Part shown: positions 45,614-58,761 of the stretch, in pieces
Layout: every line of letters begins with the position of its first letter
Numbering within the stretch: position 1 is the stretch's first letter
Assembly (NCBI GenBank): GCA_950097015.1
Contig: CATNEN010000012.1
Coordinates: 3,038,001-3,102,000, forward strand
Length of the DNA: 64,000 bases
Direction of reading: 5' to 3'
From: Macrostomum hystrix
Taxonomy: Eukaryota; Animalia; Platyhelminthes
Position numbers and translations under genes: made by a program
The notes under the pieces: generated by a model
Told to the model about the DNA's origin: nothing
Seen by the model: the letters and a program-made list of their open reading frames with translations, nothing else
Databases searched by the model: none

Positions 45614-47602
45614 TCAAATTCTCTCAATTGACATGAAAGTGCTGAAATTTGCGCAGGCCACAGTACAATCGGTCTTGAACCTGACGAAGCCTCCTGTTGG
45701 CAGGTCGGCCAACTCGTAGAAGCTGCAGAACTGATACTCGCTGCTGCTCTTCAAGCAGGACAGCTCCCTGTCCGGCAATTGGATAACAGCTTTCATGATT
45801 GAATCGCTTGAATTGATGAAGTGGCACAATATCTGTGAATGGCAATTCAATCAGGTTTAATCAACTCAGTTACTTGCTTAACTTGTGTAACGCGCGGAGT
45901 TTACAGTAAAGAAAACTATAACTAGTTTACCTAGGCATTCGATCACACTTGTATTTATACGAGTTACACGTTTTTAGAGCGATTCAGGGCAGTAGCTAAA
46001 ATCGTAGCTAGAGCAGTAGCTAGAGCAGTAGCTAGAGCAGTTGCTAGAGCAGCTGCTAGAGCAGTTGCTAGAGCAGTAGCTAGAGCAGTAGCTAGAGCAG
46101 TAGCTAGAGCAGTTGCTAGAGCAGCTGCTAGAGCAGTTGCTAGAGCAGTAGCTAGATCAGTAGCTAGAGCAGTTGCTAGAGCAGTTGCTAGAGCAGTTGC
46201 TAGAGCAGTAGCTAGAGCAGTAGCTAGAGCAGTAGCTAGAGCAGTTGCTAGAGCAGTAGCTAGAGCAGTTGCTAGAGCAGTAGCTAGAGCAATAGCTAGA
46301 GCAGCAGCTAGAGCAGTTGCTAGAGCAGTAGCTAGAGCAGTAGCTAGAGCAGTTGCTAGAGCAGTAGCTAGAGCAGTTGCTAGAGCAGTAGCTAAAGCAG
46401 TTGCTAGAGCAGTAGCTAGAGCAATAGCTAGAGCAGCAGCTAGAGCAGTAGCTAGAGCAGTTGCTAGAGCAGTAGCTAGAGCAGTTGCTAGAGCAGTAGC
46501 TAAAGCAGTAGCTAGAGCAGTAGCTAAAGCAGTAGCTAAAGCAGAGCAGTAGGTATAATCGTAGATAGAGATGTAGCGGAAGTCGTTGCGAGGGCAGTAG
46601 CTAGAATCGTAGCTTGAGCATTAGCTAGAGCAGTTGCTAGAGTCGTGCTAAATTTGGCAAAGGGTCTACTTGGGTCGAGAAAGTGAACAAACACGGCAAT
46701 TTCCCTCACTTGAGCAGAGATGCGAAAGCTTCCCTGGCGCATGATTTTCACGGTATCAATTCCAGTGGCAAGCTCCACCTGATATGATGATCCGATATCA
46801 GCCACCTCAAGCGGCAAAGGGCACGTGCCAATACTGCAGGTTGACACGTACGTAAAACCAGCGTCTCCATTACATGGTGCCACATTGAGAGTGACCAGAT
46901 CCTGAAAGTTAATTATTAACTCATAATTCATACTTTTAGATGACTAATTAGCTATTACAAACACTTTCTAGCCTAGCAGTCGAAAAACTCCAGCCTGGCC
47001 AATCACACCCTAAATCGCTCCAGCCTGGACAATCACAATCTAAATCACTCCAGCCTGGCCAATCATACCCTAAATCACTCCAGCCTGGCCAATCACATTC
47101 TAAATCACTCCAGCCTGGCCAATCACACCCTAAATCACTCCAGCCTGGCCAATCATACCCTAAATCACTCCAGCCTGGCCAATCACACCCTAAATCACTC
47201 CAGCCTGACCAATCACACCCTAAATCACTCCAGCCTGACCAATCACACCCTAAATCACCAGACAAACGCACTATCAATCACTCCTAGCCAGATAATCACA
47301 CTATCAATCACTGCTAACCAGACAATCACACTATCAATAACTTCCGCCTGGCCAAAGGATTTATCAATTAAAGGTGGTTTTTTATCGTAGAAGCTCCAAC
47401 TTGCCTTCGCCGCTGACTGTCTGCAATAGGCAAATCCTGTTGACCCTCTGAAAACAGTCAACTCCATCCAAATGGCGAAGATGGCAGTGACAACGACCTG
47501 TACTAGCGGCCAGACACACAGCCAGCGTGGACTTTGGAAGCTAAAGTCGGCGGTTACAGCCTCGTATGTTTCCTGCTCATCGTCATTCTGAACCGTTGCC
47601 AT
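45614..47602 (-). CDS. Putative TNF-superfamily ligand (type II membrane protein), 3 exons, ~223 aa
   Basis: Exons 47602-47342, 46901-46710, 45832-45614 join in phase 0 with GT-AG ends. TM segment at residues ~27-51; C-terminal pattern VKIMRQGSFRISAQILC...LSCLKS...FCSFYELADLPTGGFV...STFMSIERI resembles TNF homology domain strands. Exon 1 donor uncertain; family is inference. Confidence 0.55.
45990..46550. repeat. 12-bp minisatellite (gctagagcagta) in intron 2 of the TNF-like gene
   Basis: Direct reading. Confidence 0.96.
46990..47350. repeat. 30-bp minisatellite (taaatcactccagcctggccaatcacaccc) in intron 1 of the TNF-like gene
   Basis: Direct reading; the outermost unit overlaps the exon 1 end. 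Confidence 0.93.
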
Positions 47603-47959
47603 CGATGTCGATTTTCGATAATACCGAGCAGCGACAAATTTGGTGCTTTAGGACAGATTAAATTAACTTAATAAGCGAAGTTCAGCATTTAAACCCATCA
47701 AACTCAGTTTAGTGTGACATTTTTCATGATACAATAAACAGATAGTGTCTACGTGCATTCTTTAACTCCGTTGCATTTATTGCTAGTTTTCTCGTTCAAA
47801 TCAGATTTTCGCATCTACATGCATTAGTAAACAAAGCCTTGGAAATTACCTTATGAAAGATATTGGAAACTCGAAGCTTAAATTAAAACACGCCGTTTGT
47901 TTGGTTGATACCTTAGACTTCAGATACTCTAGGGCAAAAAATCAGGGTGTCTTCCTTTG

Positions 47960-48710
47960 AATTCAGGCAGCAAAAGGACCATAGAATTGAAAGACACCCA
48001 GAGAATTCAGGCAGCAAAAGGACCATAGAATTGAAAGACTCCCAGAGAATTCAGACAGCAAAAGGACCATAGAATTGAAAGACACCCAGAGAATTCAGGC
48101 AGCAAAAGGACCATAGAATTGAAAGACACCCAGAGAATTCAGACAGCAAAAGGACCATAGAATTGAAAGACACCCAGAGAATTCAGGCAGCAAAAGGACC
48201 ATAGAATTGAAAGACACCCAGAGAATTCAGGCAGCAAAAGGACCATAGAATTGAAAGACACCCAGAGAATTCAGGCAGTAAAAGGACCATAGAATTGAAA
48301 GACTCCCAGAGAATTCAGGCAGTAAAAGGACCATAGAGTTGAAAGACACCCAGAGAATTCAGGCAGCAAAAGGACCATAGAATTGAAAGACTCCCAGAGA
48401 ATTCAGGCAGCAAAAGGACCATAGAATTGAAAGACACCCAGAGAATTCAGGCAGCAAAAGGACCATAGAATTGAAAGACACCCAGAGAATTCAGGCAGTA
48501 AAAGGACCATAGAATTGAAAGACACCCAGAGAATTCAGGCAGCAAAAGGACCATAGAATTGAAAGACTCCCAGAGAATTCAGGCAGCAAAAGGACCATAG
48601 AATTGAAAGACACCCAGAGAATTCAGGCAGTAAAAGGACCATAGAATTGAAAGACTCCCAGAGAATTCAGGCAGCAAAAGGACCATAGAATTGAAAGACA
48701 CCCCAGAGAC
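47960..48710. repeat. 44-bp minisatellite (gaattcaggcagcaaaaggaccatagaattgaaagacacccaga)
   Basis: Direct reading; no unique spacers. Confidence 0.97.
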
Positions 48711-49529
48711 TTAGTAAAATTTTGTAAAGGCTCATTGACTTTAAAAGACAAAATAGTTAGATAAAACAGCAAGACAAAATAGTTAGGATTTTCCAGTGGT
48801 CCAGATTGCGTCTCACAAGTGGCATAGAGATATTCAGCCCTTAAATTTACAAACATAGCATATTATTATTATGTTTGTTGTATTTTTAGTCTAAACAAAC
48901 AAAAGTCGATGGCAGGCATCGAATGCATGTATGGCGACTACTTAAAGTTGAAATAAAAATACGGTACTACTAAGAGTAAAGTAGAATGCACAATTATAAA
49001 TCAGTAGTACGGTTTTACAGAGACCAGTCCTATTCTTCTGAGCTAAATTTAATGAAAAATCAGGTAGTAAAATGGAGAGCAAGTGCATAACATGTCAGCC
49101 TCTGTTAACGAGCCTAGTTCGTGTATTAAAAGTCCCATATGGACAATTACGCGGCCGAATTAGTGACTCATTTTAACAGTACACACTCTCGATAAATTAA
49201 ATAACGCTTACAATAATTAACAAGAAATAGCGTCACATAATAAGCAAAACATTCTACTCACTATTATTAGCAGTAGTATATCAACAAAAATCAGTCTTCA
49301 ATTTAATAAAAATGTTGAAGAGTTTTTCTTATGGATCAAAACGAGCTGTGGCTACACAATACAGTTAAATAAGACTTCACTGCGTAAGCAATATTCTCAC
49401 GGTGCGTCGCTTTCTCGCATTGAAATGCTGGATTCCACGAGCGTTAGTAAATTTTCTGTCTGGAATCCTTAGCCTTAGCAACTAAATTAGGCCACTCCGA
49501 ACCGAAACGATTAAAATATTTGCTGGCCA

Positions 49530-52500
49530 TCAATAGCCGGGAGGTGGCGGCGGCGGCGGTGGGCGCGGAGGAAATCGAATCGATTGGCCGCCGTAGCCCC
49601 CGATACCGGGTGGCGGCGGTGGCGGTGGTGGCGGGTAGGCCGGCTGGGAGGGCTGCCAGGACTGGCTGTGGTGCTGCGGCGGCCGTGGCGGCGGATAGCG
49701 AGGCCGCAATGGTGCTGGCGAGCGCCAGCCCTGGTGAGACTGAGAGCCCGGAGGCGGAGGCGGCGGCGGCGGAGGCGGCAGCCTACCGATGCCTGGCTGC
49801 GGAAACGGAGCCGGATGCCAGTTGCGATTCATTTGAGACGAATTCGGACCTCCGTAGCCCTGATGCTGCTGTTGATAATGCGACGATGAAGGAGGCTGAC
49901 CTGCTGAAGGCCCAGCGATAGCCAGTGGCGGCCTTGGCGGCCTATTGCTATTGTAGAAGGGCGCCCTGGCGCCACCAGAGTAGCCGCCGCCGCCTACTGA
50001 GGATGACGCCGTTGAGAATGTCGACGGTGCTGGGAAGCGACGCGGACCGCCGCTGCTGCCTAGCGGCCCGCCAGCTGATGACGCCACGGATGAGGCAGTG
50101 CTGACGCCCAGCTCCTGCATCAGGGCGGTGTACTCGCTGTCCATCTCCTGTTGCTGTTGATGCTGCTGCTGCTGCTGCTGGCCGCCGCGCGGTGCCCGAC
50201 AATCCTTTTCCAGATGGCCGACACCGCCGCAGTTGTTGCACACAATCTGGTTGGTGATGATGTCGGAGGCTTCTGCTAGCTGGCGCAGTTTAGCCAGGCC
50301 CTCATCCTCTCTGAGTGTGCCGTTGAATAGAGCCAGCTCGCGAAGCTGCTTGCGACGAAGCTCGTTGTTCTCCTCGGGCTGCTCAATGCCTAGTTTAGGT
50401 AGATACGAGATTAGTTAGTTCGCTGATTATGATCTCAGCACCTGTCTATGGATATTATCACCTGTCTACTGATCTCACCACCTGTCTACTGATTTCACCC
50501 CCTGTCTATTGATCTCACCCCCTGTCTACTGATCTCACCCCCTGTCTACTGATCTCACCACCTGTCTACTGATCTCACCACCTGTTTACTGATTTCACCA
50601 CCTGTCTACTGATCTCATCCCCTGTCTACTGATCTCATCCCCTGTCTACTGATCTCACCCCCTGTCTATTGATCTCACCCCCTGTCTACTGATCTCACCC
50701 CATGTCTACTGATCTCACCACCTGTCTACTGATCTCACCACCTATCTACTGATCTCACCACCTGTCTACTGATCTCACCACCTGTCTACTGATCTCACCA
50801 CCTGTCTACTGATCTCACCCCCTGTCTTCTTATTATCCAGTTTTTTGACTATAAGTGAATACATATTTAATAATTTCACAACATACCCTGCTTAATGATG
50901 GCCCTAATACGCTCGATGGCATTCCTCACGCAGTCGGAAGACATGGAGGTCACGTAGGCGTGGAGGTCGTCATCTTCGCCAGGCATTTTTGTACCGTCAC
51001 GGATCTTTCCTATAAGAAAAGGAGAACGTGGTTCAGATTTAAGATTTCAATCAACCTTACTATTAAATAGCGAAAGTATTTGTGCTATAAAAAAGCTTTC
51101 TTTATATTTAGAAATCTCATTTAGGCGAGATTTTTTGTCGAAATCATTGGATATTGCTTACCCTCCTTGACGCTGCCCTTGCCGCGAATGATAATCCGAC
51201 AGTTCGTCTCTTTTTCAAGATTTTTCAAAGTGTTACCGCGCGGCCCAATTATGAGGCCGACAAAGTTGACATCTGGGTGCTCCTCCTGCGGTATGTAGAT
51301 CTGCGTTTGGAACGGGGAAGAGTAGAAACTTACAGATCAGACTATTTGATAGCAGAATACAAAGGCGATTAACGCATAGGATAACAGAATGCAATCTTGT
51401 GTGTCCGATAAGGGAGGGGGAGGTTGGAGAGGGCGATATCGGGGAGAGAAAATATTAGGGACTGGGAGGGTAGAGATTGGGGACTGGGAGGGTAGAGATT
51501 AGGGAGGGAGGAGATTGTTGGGAGGGAAAAAACTGGGAGGGTTGAGATTGGGGAGGGAGGAGATTGTTGGGAGGGAAAAAACTGGGAGGGTTGAGATTGG
51601 GAACTGGGAGGGTTGAGATTGGGAACTGGGAGGGTAGAGATTGGGGAGGGAGGAGATTGTTGGGAGGGAAAAAACTGGGAGGGTAGAGATTGGGAACTGT
51701 GAGGGTTGAGATTGGGAACTGGGAGGGTAGAGATTGGGAACTGGGAGGGTAGATATTGGGAACTGGGAGGGTAGAGATTGGGGACTGGGAGGGTAGAGAT
51801 TGGGGACTGGGAGGGTAGAGATTAGGGACTGGGAGAGTAGAGATTGGGAACTGGGAGGGTAGAGATTGGGAACTGGGAGGGTAGAGATTGGGAACTGGGA
51901 GGGTAGAGATTGGGGACTGGGAGGGTAGAGATTGGGGACAGGGAGGAGATGGGGGGAGGAGATTGGGGAGGGAGTAGATTAAGGAGGGACGAGATTGGGA
52001 AGGGAGGAGATTAGGGAGGGAGGAGATGGGAGGGAGGAAAAAAACTGGGAGGGTAGAGATTGGGGACTGGGAGATAAGGGGGGAGGAGATTGGGGATTGA
52101 GGAGAGTTGAGTTTGGAGACGTTGAAAAGGAGAGCTTACCTTTTCCGTGACTTTAACAGTAGGGGGCTTGTAGTCGTTGGGGGGCTTATAATCCGGATTG
52201 AGTTCCAGCACCTCCTGGACCAGCTTGTGCCGCAGCTCCTCCAGTTTTCTCTTAGTTCGGAATTCGCGCGTATTCAACCTCTTGCCATCGGGGCCGTAGA
52301 TTGGCTCCGGACTCGGGCTCCGACGCGAAGGATCCGACGGTATGCCAAAGTCGCCGCTGCGCAGCTTCCGCGTGATGTCCTCGATCTGGATCTGGTTGAT
52401 GTACTGCTTCTCCTTGTCCGGATCCATGTTGGGCGGCACAATTGTGGACATGCCTTGGGTAGGGGATCAGGCGGGATTGCAAAAATGACACACGACCAGA

Positions 52501-53567
52501 CTTTTAAAACTTTTTGGTGACTTGTGATACTTTAATGTTAGACTTTTCCTTCAGACCTAAACCTCTTTATATTTTAGGGCTAAACCTCTCATCCTTCACA
52601 GCTTAACCTCTCATCCTTCACAGCTTAACCTCTCATCCTTCACAGCTTAACCTCTCATCCTTCAGAGCCAAACCTCTCATCCTTCAGAGCCAAACATCTC
52701 ATCCTTCACAGCTAAACCTCTCATCCTTCACAGCTAAACGTCTCATCCTTCACAGCTAAACCTCTCATCCTTCACAGCTAAACCTCTCATCCTTCACAGC
52801 TAAACATCTCATCCTTCACAGCTAAACATCTCATCCTTCAGAGCCAAACCTCTCATCCTTCAGAGCCAAACCTCTCATCCTTCAGAGCCAAACCTCTCAT
52901 CCTTCAGAGCCAAACCTCTCATCCTTCAGAGCTAAGCCTGTCATCCTTCAGAGCCAAACATCTCATCCTTCACAGCTAAGCCTCTTATCCTTCAGAGCTA
53001 AGCCTCTAATCCTTCAGAGCTAAGCCTCTAATCCTTCAGAGCTAAGCCTCTAATCCTTCAGAGCTAAGCCTCTAATCCTTCAGAGCTAAGCCTCTAATCC
53101 TTCAGAGCTAAGCCTCTAATCCTTCAGAGCTAAGCCTCTAATCCTTCAGAGCTAAGCCTCTAATCCTTCAGAGCCAAACCTCTCATCTTTCAGAGCCAAA
53201 CATCTCATCCTTCACAGCTAAACCTATCAACCTTCACAGCTAAACCTCTCATCCTTAGGACTTTCTGGTTAAAATCTCTGATCCCTTTAATAGCTAAACC
53301 AAACATAACCTTGGGTGCTAAATCACAGGATTATTGAATATTTTAATATTTGATCCAAATTTCAGTGCTCTGGCATACAGCAGTAAAATGATGATGATGC
53401 CGCTTACCTGGAATGAGAATCTTATCCTGCTCGTCGCCACCCCAGCGTCGCTTCTTTGCTCGTTTTCTCTCCGAGCTGCCGTTACCATTGCCGCTGGCAT
53501 CAGTGGAAGAAGAAGAGGCGGCTGTGGTGGCCTGGCTACTGACACTTCTGGCACCATTGGCAAACAT
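49530..53567 (-). CDS. SF1: Splicing factor 1 / branch point binding protein, 5 exons, ~531 aa
   Basis: Exons 53567-53408, 52453-52140, 51300-51162, 51009-50887, 50389-49530 join in frame. [20 protein letters not shown] domain [18 protein letters not shown]2 [23 protein letters not shown] knuckle, Pro-rich tail. Confidence 0.95.
50445..50826. repeat. 20-bp minisatellite (cctgtctactgatctcacca) in SF1 intron 4
   Basis: Direct reading. Confidence 0.96.
51455..52100. repeat. G-rich 22-bp minisatellite (gggaactgggagggtagagatt) in SF1 intron 2
   Basis: Direct reading. Confidence 0.93.
52570..53255. repeat. 22-bp minisatellite (aaacctctcatccttcacagct) in SF1 intron 1
   Basis: Direct reading. Confidence 0.96.
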
Positions 53568-54176
53568 GACTGTTGTATTACACTAAATAAATTCTCAATG
53601 CAATCCTTTGGGTGCTTATGTTTCCAAACAAGGAAAATTTCGATTGAGATTGGTCTTGTAATTGAGACCAATTCAAAATAGCTGAATATGATCTGCTTTG
53701 TATGTTGAAAAACTAATGAAGATTTAGCTGAAAATATGTGTATATTTCCTGATCAAACTGGCATCAATTTATAGATAATTGCAAACAAATGAACAGCAAC
53801 ATCTAAAATATACACAGACAAACTAGCTTTAATTAGCTAGGTGCTGTAGATAAATAGTTAAAAATCCAAAAATTATACAATATATAAGAACAGACTCATT
53901 ATTTATTTATTTTCATGAAAAGATATTTTCTTCCCATAGATCTTATCTACACTATTAATTTCTTATAATAAAAAAATAAGATCAATAATTGCATAAGTTC
54001 ATTTACCTTGTAAAAAATGTAAATTTCATGTTTTAAAAATATTTTATGTGGACTAATAATTACAGGTAAATATATTATAAATTAACAAAGACTAGGTTTG
54101 GGCACAACAATTTCATATCTTATAGCTAGGCAGATAAATCCATCTGTTGTCCAAAATAACCAAGCAAAGTCAATAA

Positions 54177-55094
54177 TATACCTTTTAACAGTGTTGTTGG
54201 GCATAAGTGAAATTTATCTAGTCCAAGTGCTCCTACCACTGAGCGAAGTGAGTTTGATTTAGTCGCTTCAATTAGCTTGCAGCCATAGACAGTGAATTCA
54301 ATATAGTTGTTTTTAGCGCGCGCAACGAGATCGTGACTTTTATTTAGTCAAAGTGAAATGAATACGGTCAACGAGATCGTAAACTTTCATAAAAGGCGCA
54401 AAAACACATAAGATGTGTAAGATGTAAGATGTAAGATGTAAGGTGTAAGATGTAAGGTGTAAGATGCAATGGCAGCACACAACTAGTGACCGTCAGGCAA
54501 ACAAAACTGTTCAGTGTTCAATTAGGCAACGATGTCCTCCATGGCTATGCAGCGCGGTACATAGCGCAGACTTTCTCGGTGCCAGGCTTCGCAGTGCAGC
54601 TGTGTAACTGCGCTCATACAGTCTTCCAGTTCACGCTCCAGAATGCGTGCGCGGTGTTCCTGCAGCGTAATGCCTAACGCGGCACCTACATTCCTATCGC
54701 CAATTTGCCGTTGCAACTCCACTCAGGAGAGGGAGCGTTTGCATCTTACACCTTACATCTTACATCTTACACCTTACATCTTACATCTTACACCTTACAT
54801 CTTACATCTTACACCTTACATCTTACATCTTACATCTTACATCTTACATCATACACATCTTATATGTTTTTGCGCCTTTTATGAAAGTTTACGATCTCGT
54901 TGACCGTATTCATTTCACTTTGACTGAATAAAAGCTACGATCTCGTTGCGTGCGCTAAAAATGACTATATTGAATTCACCGTCTATGGCTGCAAACTAAT
55001 TGAAGCGACTAAATCAAACTCACTTCGCTCAGTGGTAGGAGCACTTGGACTAGATAAATTTCACTTATGCCCAACAACACTGTTAAAAGGTATA
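54177..55094. mobile_element. Foldback-type element with ~290-350 bp inverted arms and a 269-bp GC-richer core
   Basis: Arm 54177-54469 is the near-perfect reverse complement of 54739-55094; inner arm ends carry a 7-bp repeat (gtaagat / catctta) of unequal copy number; both ends read TATA-CC...GG-TATA. Confidence 0.85.
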
Positions 55095-58000
55095 GTATGC
55101 CCTATAAAGATTTGCTAACACGATACATACTTGTAATAAAGTTAGGCCTACTTTAGCTCCATTAATAACTAATTGGTTCAGTATATGAAATAAGACAAGG
55201 TTTTTAAGAAAACTATAAAGACTTTTATCTAAAAGCATACACTAAAAGTATGAAAATGACAATAAAATTAAGTATGAAACATTGAATTACATATTTTTTA
55301 AAAGAACTAGACATGACATCCGATTTTTCAACTATTTTAGTGGTAATTGGCTTTGTTATCTGTGATTTTAGTGCATAAATGAGATGAATGTGCACAACTA
55401 AATTCATAATATTTATAGACTATGGTACACTATTTAAAAACAGTTCTAAAGTTAAAAAATTTGTATGTGAAACTGCATATAAAACACTTTTCATTCAAAT
55501 TTATGAGTACAAATCATTCATTGACACTTTTTAGTACACATTTTTAATACACAAGTGTACACTGGCATAGATCAGCACAATCAAATTGTAGCATAAAGCA
55601 ACTTGCAAACAAATGAACACAAAATAAAGTTGATATTTGTTAAAAATACAAACAAAAGAATTAGCTAATCTTTATATAACAATCTCGCAGTTTTGCAGAT
55701 TTAATTATTTTTTCTCTGTAACAAAGCTTTTGATATTTGATGTATTTTGACAGTTTGACAAAGGCTTTAACAAAAAACAAGTTTAAACAATTCTATTGCA
55801 ATAATCAAGACTTTTATTATTTGTTGCATTGCAAGATATGATTTAGTATTGGCACACAGTGCCAAAATTGTTTTAGTTTTGGTGCACTGAGCAAATTTTT
55901 GGGGTTCTATGTAAACACCAAAACCAAATACAACAGACCAAATGGACCCAAATGGGACAGTAACAGACCACAATATATTATAGTGGGACCAAAGCAGCCA
56001 TAGTCTGGATCATGCTGTGTATACCAGAGGCAGAAAGTAAAATAAAATGTAATGTAGGCCTACGCTGTTATATGCTAATATATGCAAAAATAAATGTACG
56101 CTAAGTAAAAAATACGTTTCGATTGAAGGTATTTAAATTATTAATATTATTAAACTATTAAATTATTAATAAAAAGAAATGCATGATAAAGGTAAAACAA
56201 AATAAACAAATTCACTTCCGCAAACTATGTAATAATCTTTTCGCTTTTTTGCTAGCATTTTTATTTATTTATTAAAAACAAACTAAGATATATTTGCCAG
56301 CAGAGAATAAAAAATTATAATGTCTTATGTTATCTTACAAGTTACGTTTTGTTAGGCTTTTATAATACTGTACACCAATTAAAGTTGCACTTGTCCAGTT
56401 GTTACTTGTAGACACTTGTATGTCATTACATTTTTTCAGAGTTTTTGTATGCCAGAACTGTACGCCAAAGTGGCCTAAGCCATGGTGTAAGCCAGAGGAA
56501 TTCTGGCATACACTACATCTTTGAGACCAAGGCAAAGCAGTAGTTCTTTTAATATTTTATTCCACAATTTAGCTTTTAAGAGCTGCTGATTGTCTAGTTG
56601 ATATTCTTAAATCTCAATATTGATTTTTTGCAAACTATGTGCTGCATTAGATTAACTTGGTAAAATATTTAAGAGTTCTGATTTATTGTGTGGTTTATTG
56701 TTAAAAACCAAAACATTTAACAAAAAAACAGAAAAAAAATCTAAACACTAAGATGATCAAATTACCTGTTTCTAATAGGCCTAACCACTATAGACTTTTA
56801 TGCCAGTCCAAAGAAAGCCAAAAATATATTATAAACTGGCATTTGCTAGCAGCAATTTGAGTGCAACTAATTTATATTTTCCAAAAGTATATAGGCCCCC
56901 CTAAATCTGTGTACAAGTTTTGAATAGAAATCAACAGAGCTTTTAATGTCAGATGAAAAACTTATAAAAAACTACTTCCTTGGTCTATTGGTCCATATAA
57001 TCCTGTTGCAGGCCAAGTGCTGTCTGTTTTTGTGATTATACAGACCCCATTTTTGGTGGTCTGAATTTCTTAAGTCACACTGCCACTGTGCTGTGCCACC
57101 TTACAGAATCCTGACTATGGCAACTGCCAAACCAATAATTTGTTGGGCCTGACACAATTTTTACTTACCAACCTTATTCTTGTCTTCTCTGAAAATAACT
57201 TTCTTGTCACTTTTATAGACAAGTGAAAGTTTTGTCCTCTTTTTTGAAAAGCCTAGAGTGATTGGAAGGATTGGCAAAGCCCAGTATTCAAAGTGAAATG
57301 AAAATACTAATAACGTATCGGCAATAAGTATTACATATTTTTTATTTCGTTCCTTTTATTCTAAAGTTAATCCGATACAAATATGCACCTACAAAGGCAA
57401 GATACGATATCTTTTAGTTTTTTTACCGTGCTGATGTTAATACTACTTGTACTCTGGAGTTTAGGCCTATACACACAGCACAGAAATAGTTGTGGGTGAA
57501 CATGTGTGAAGCACCGAACTGATAGGGCCTAAGTAGTTAAAATTCGCCTAGGCTAAACACTTAAATAGCAATATAAATTATGGTTACACGAACTTGCGTG
57601 ATATTTAAGATGACAAACAATTTAATAAATTCTATTGAAACACTAAGTTAAAAAAGAGTCAAAATTGTCTACTTAGAAGTCAGACCGCCAATTATAAAAG
57701 TTTTTATTTCTTGCACCAAAAATATGGTGTTGTAAATTATATTTGTATTAAGTTGTTACTGTTAGTTTTATTTGCTTGAATGCATTAAAAGGAAAAAGCT
57801 TCTCAGCTTCTCCGGATTAGTGAATGTGCGGCTTTCGGATTTTCTAACAATTACGAAGCTCCACGATACTCCACGATTATATTAAACTTGTCATAGGCCT
57901 ATTGAAGGCAATATTGAACCCTACATGAGATTTAGTAAAATAATGCAATTAAAAAAGGCACAAAAATCTGACTTAGATAAGATTGCGCATGACTTCATTC

Positions 58001-58761
58001 AGTTTACCCATCGTACTACAAAAGTAAATTATAGTTGACAAGTTAAAATTATGGTATATATCATTGCTAGAATAGTAAGTTTTTTATTCAAGGAATTTAG
58101 CAGTCCTTGTTTAAAATCTGCCTGTTAAGCGTGCGTACATTCAAATAAAAAAATGGAGAAGACAAGGACTGAAATAAAAAAGTTGTAAACGTGTTTTAAC
58201 GCATACATTTTTTACAAGCGTTGAGGAAGATAAACTAGCAGAACCTCGATTTCAAATATATGCATGTAATTGGTAATGCTGGGCAAATTACTATGTGTGT
58301 ATTAAATATTAATCCATGATAACATGCGCCCTTGAGATAAATCGTGGTGGGCATGAATTAAAGGGTAAATAGATATGAATATGCTAATAATCAAAAAGTT
58401 GTTTGGCTTTTCCGCAGACATCTTTTTGTAAGTGAGATGACATAAAATATATTTATAATTCTTCGTAAACATTAAATATGTTCGAAATGAATCTATTGCA
58501 GTATTTAATTTTAGGTTAAATTAGTTTTTTTAATTACATCACACTTAATTATTAGGTGCCCTGAAAATGTACGAAAAGCGGTAGAAATTATTTCCATAGT
58601 ATTTCCGAGAAGTGTCCTTCGCAGACAGATCAGCATATATATTTAAAACTCTAAAGGCCATAAAATAATCACCAAGTGTTTGAGCTCATTTGCAAATCGA
58701 TTGCCCCAAAAGTTTCTGGATTTCAAAGTCGATGCAGAGCTAGGCTGTCACTTCACAATGA

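Noticed and set aside
46536-46709. ATAL-repeat mucin-like extension of the TNF-like exon 2
   Set aside because: A strong in-phase donor (caa|gtgagg at 46709) precedes it and the read-through frame stops at 46536.
47960-48710. Regular 44-bp repeats resembling a CRISPR array
   Set aside because: No unique spacers, no cas genes, eukaryotic context; the same applies to all other arrays.
49520-49921. Plus-strand ORFs overlapping SF1 (also antisense ORFs over GPATCH1 and SERCA)
   Set aside because: Shadow frames of GC-rich coding exons.
55100-58700. Short ORFs in the AT-rich intergenic region
   Set aside because: No recognisable motifs or consistent splice structure.
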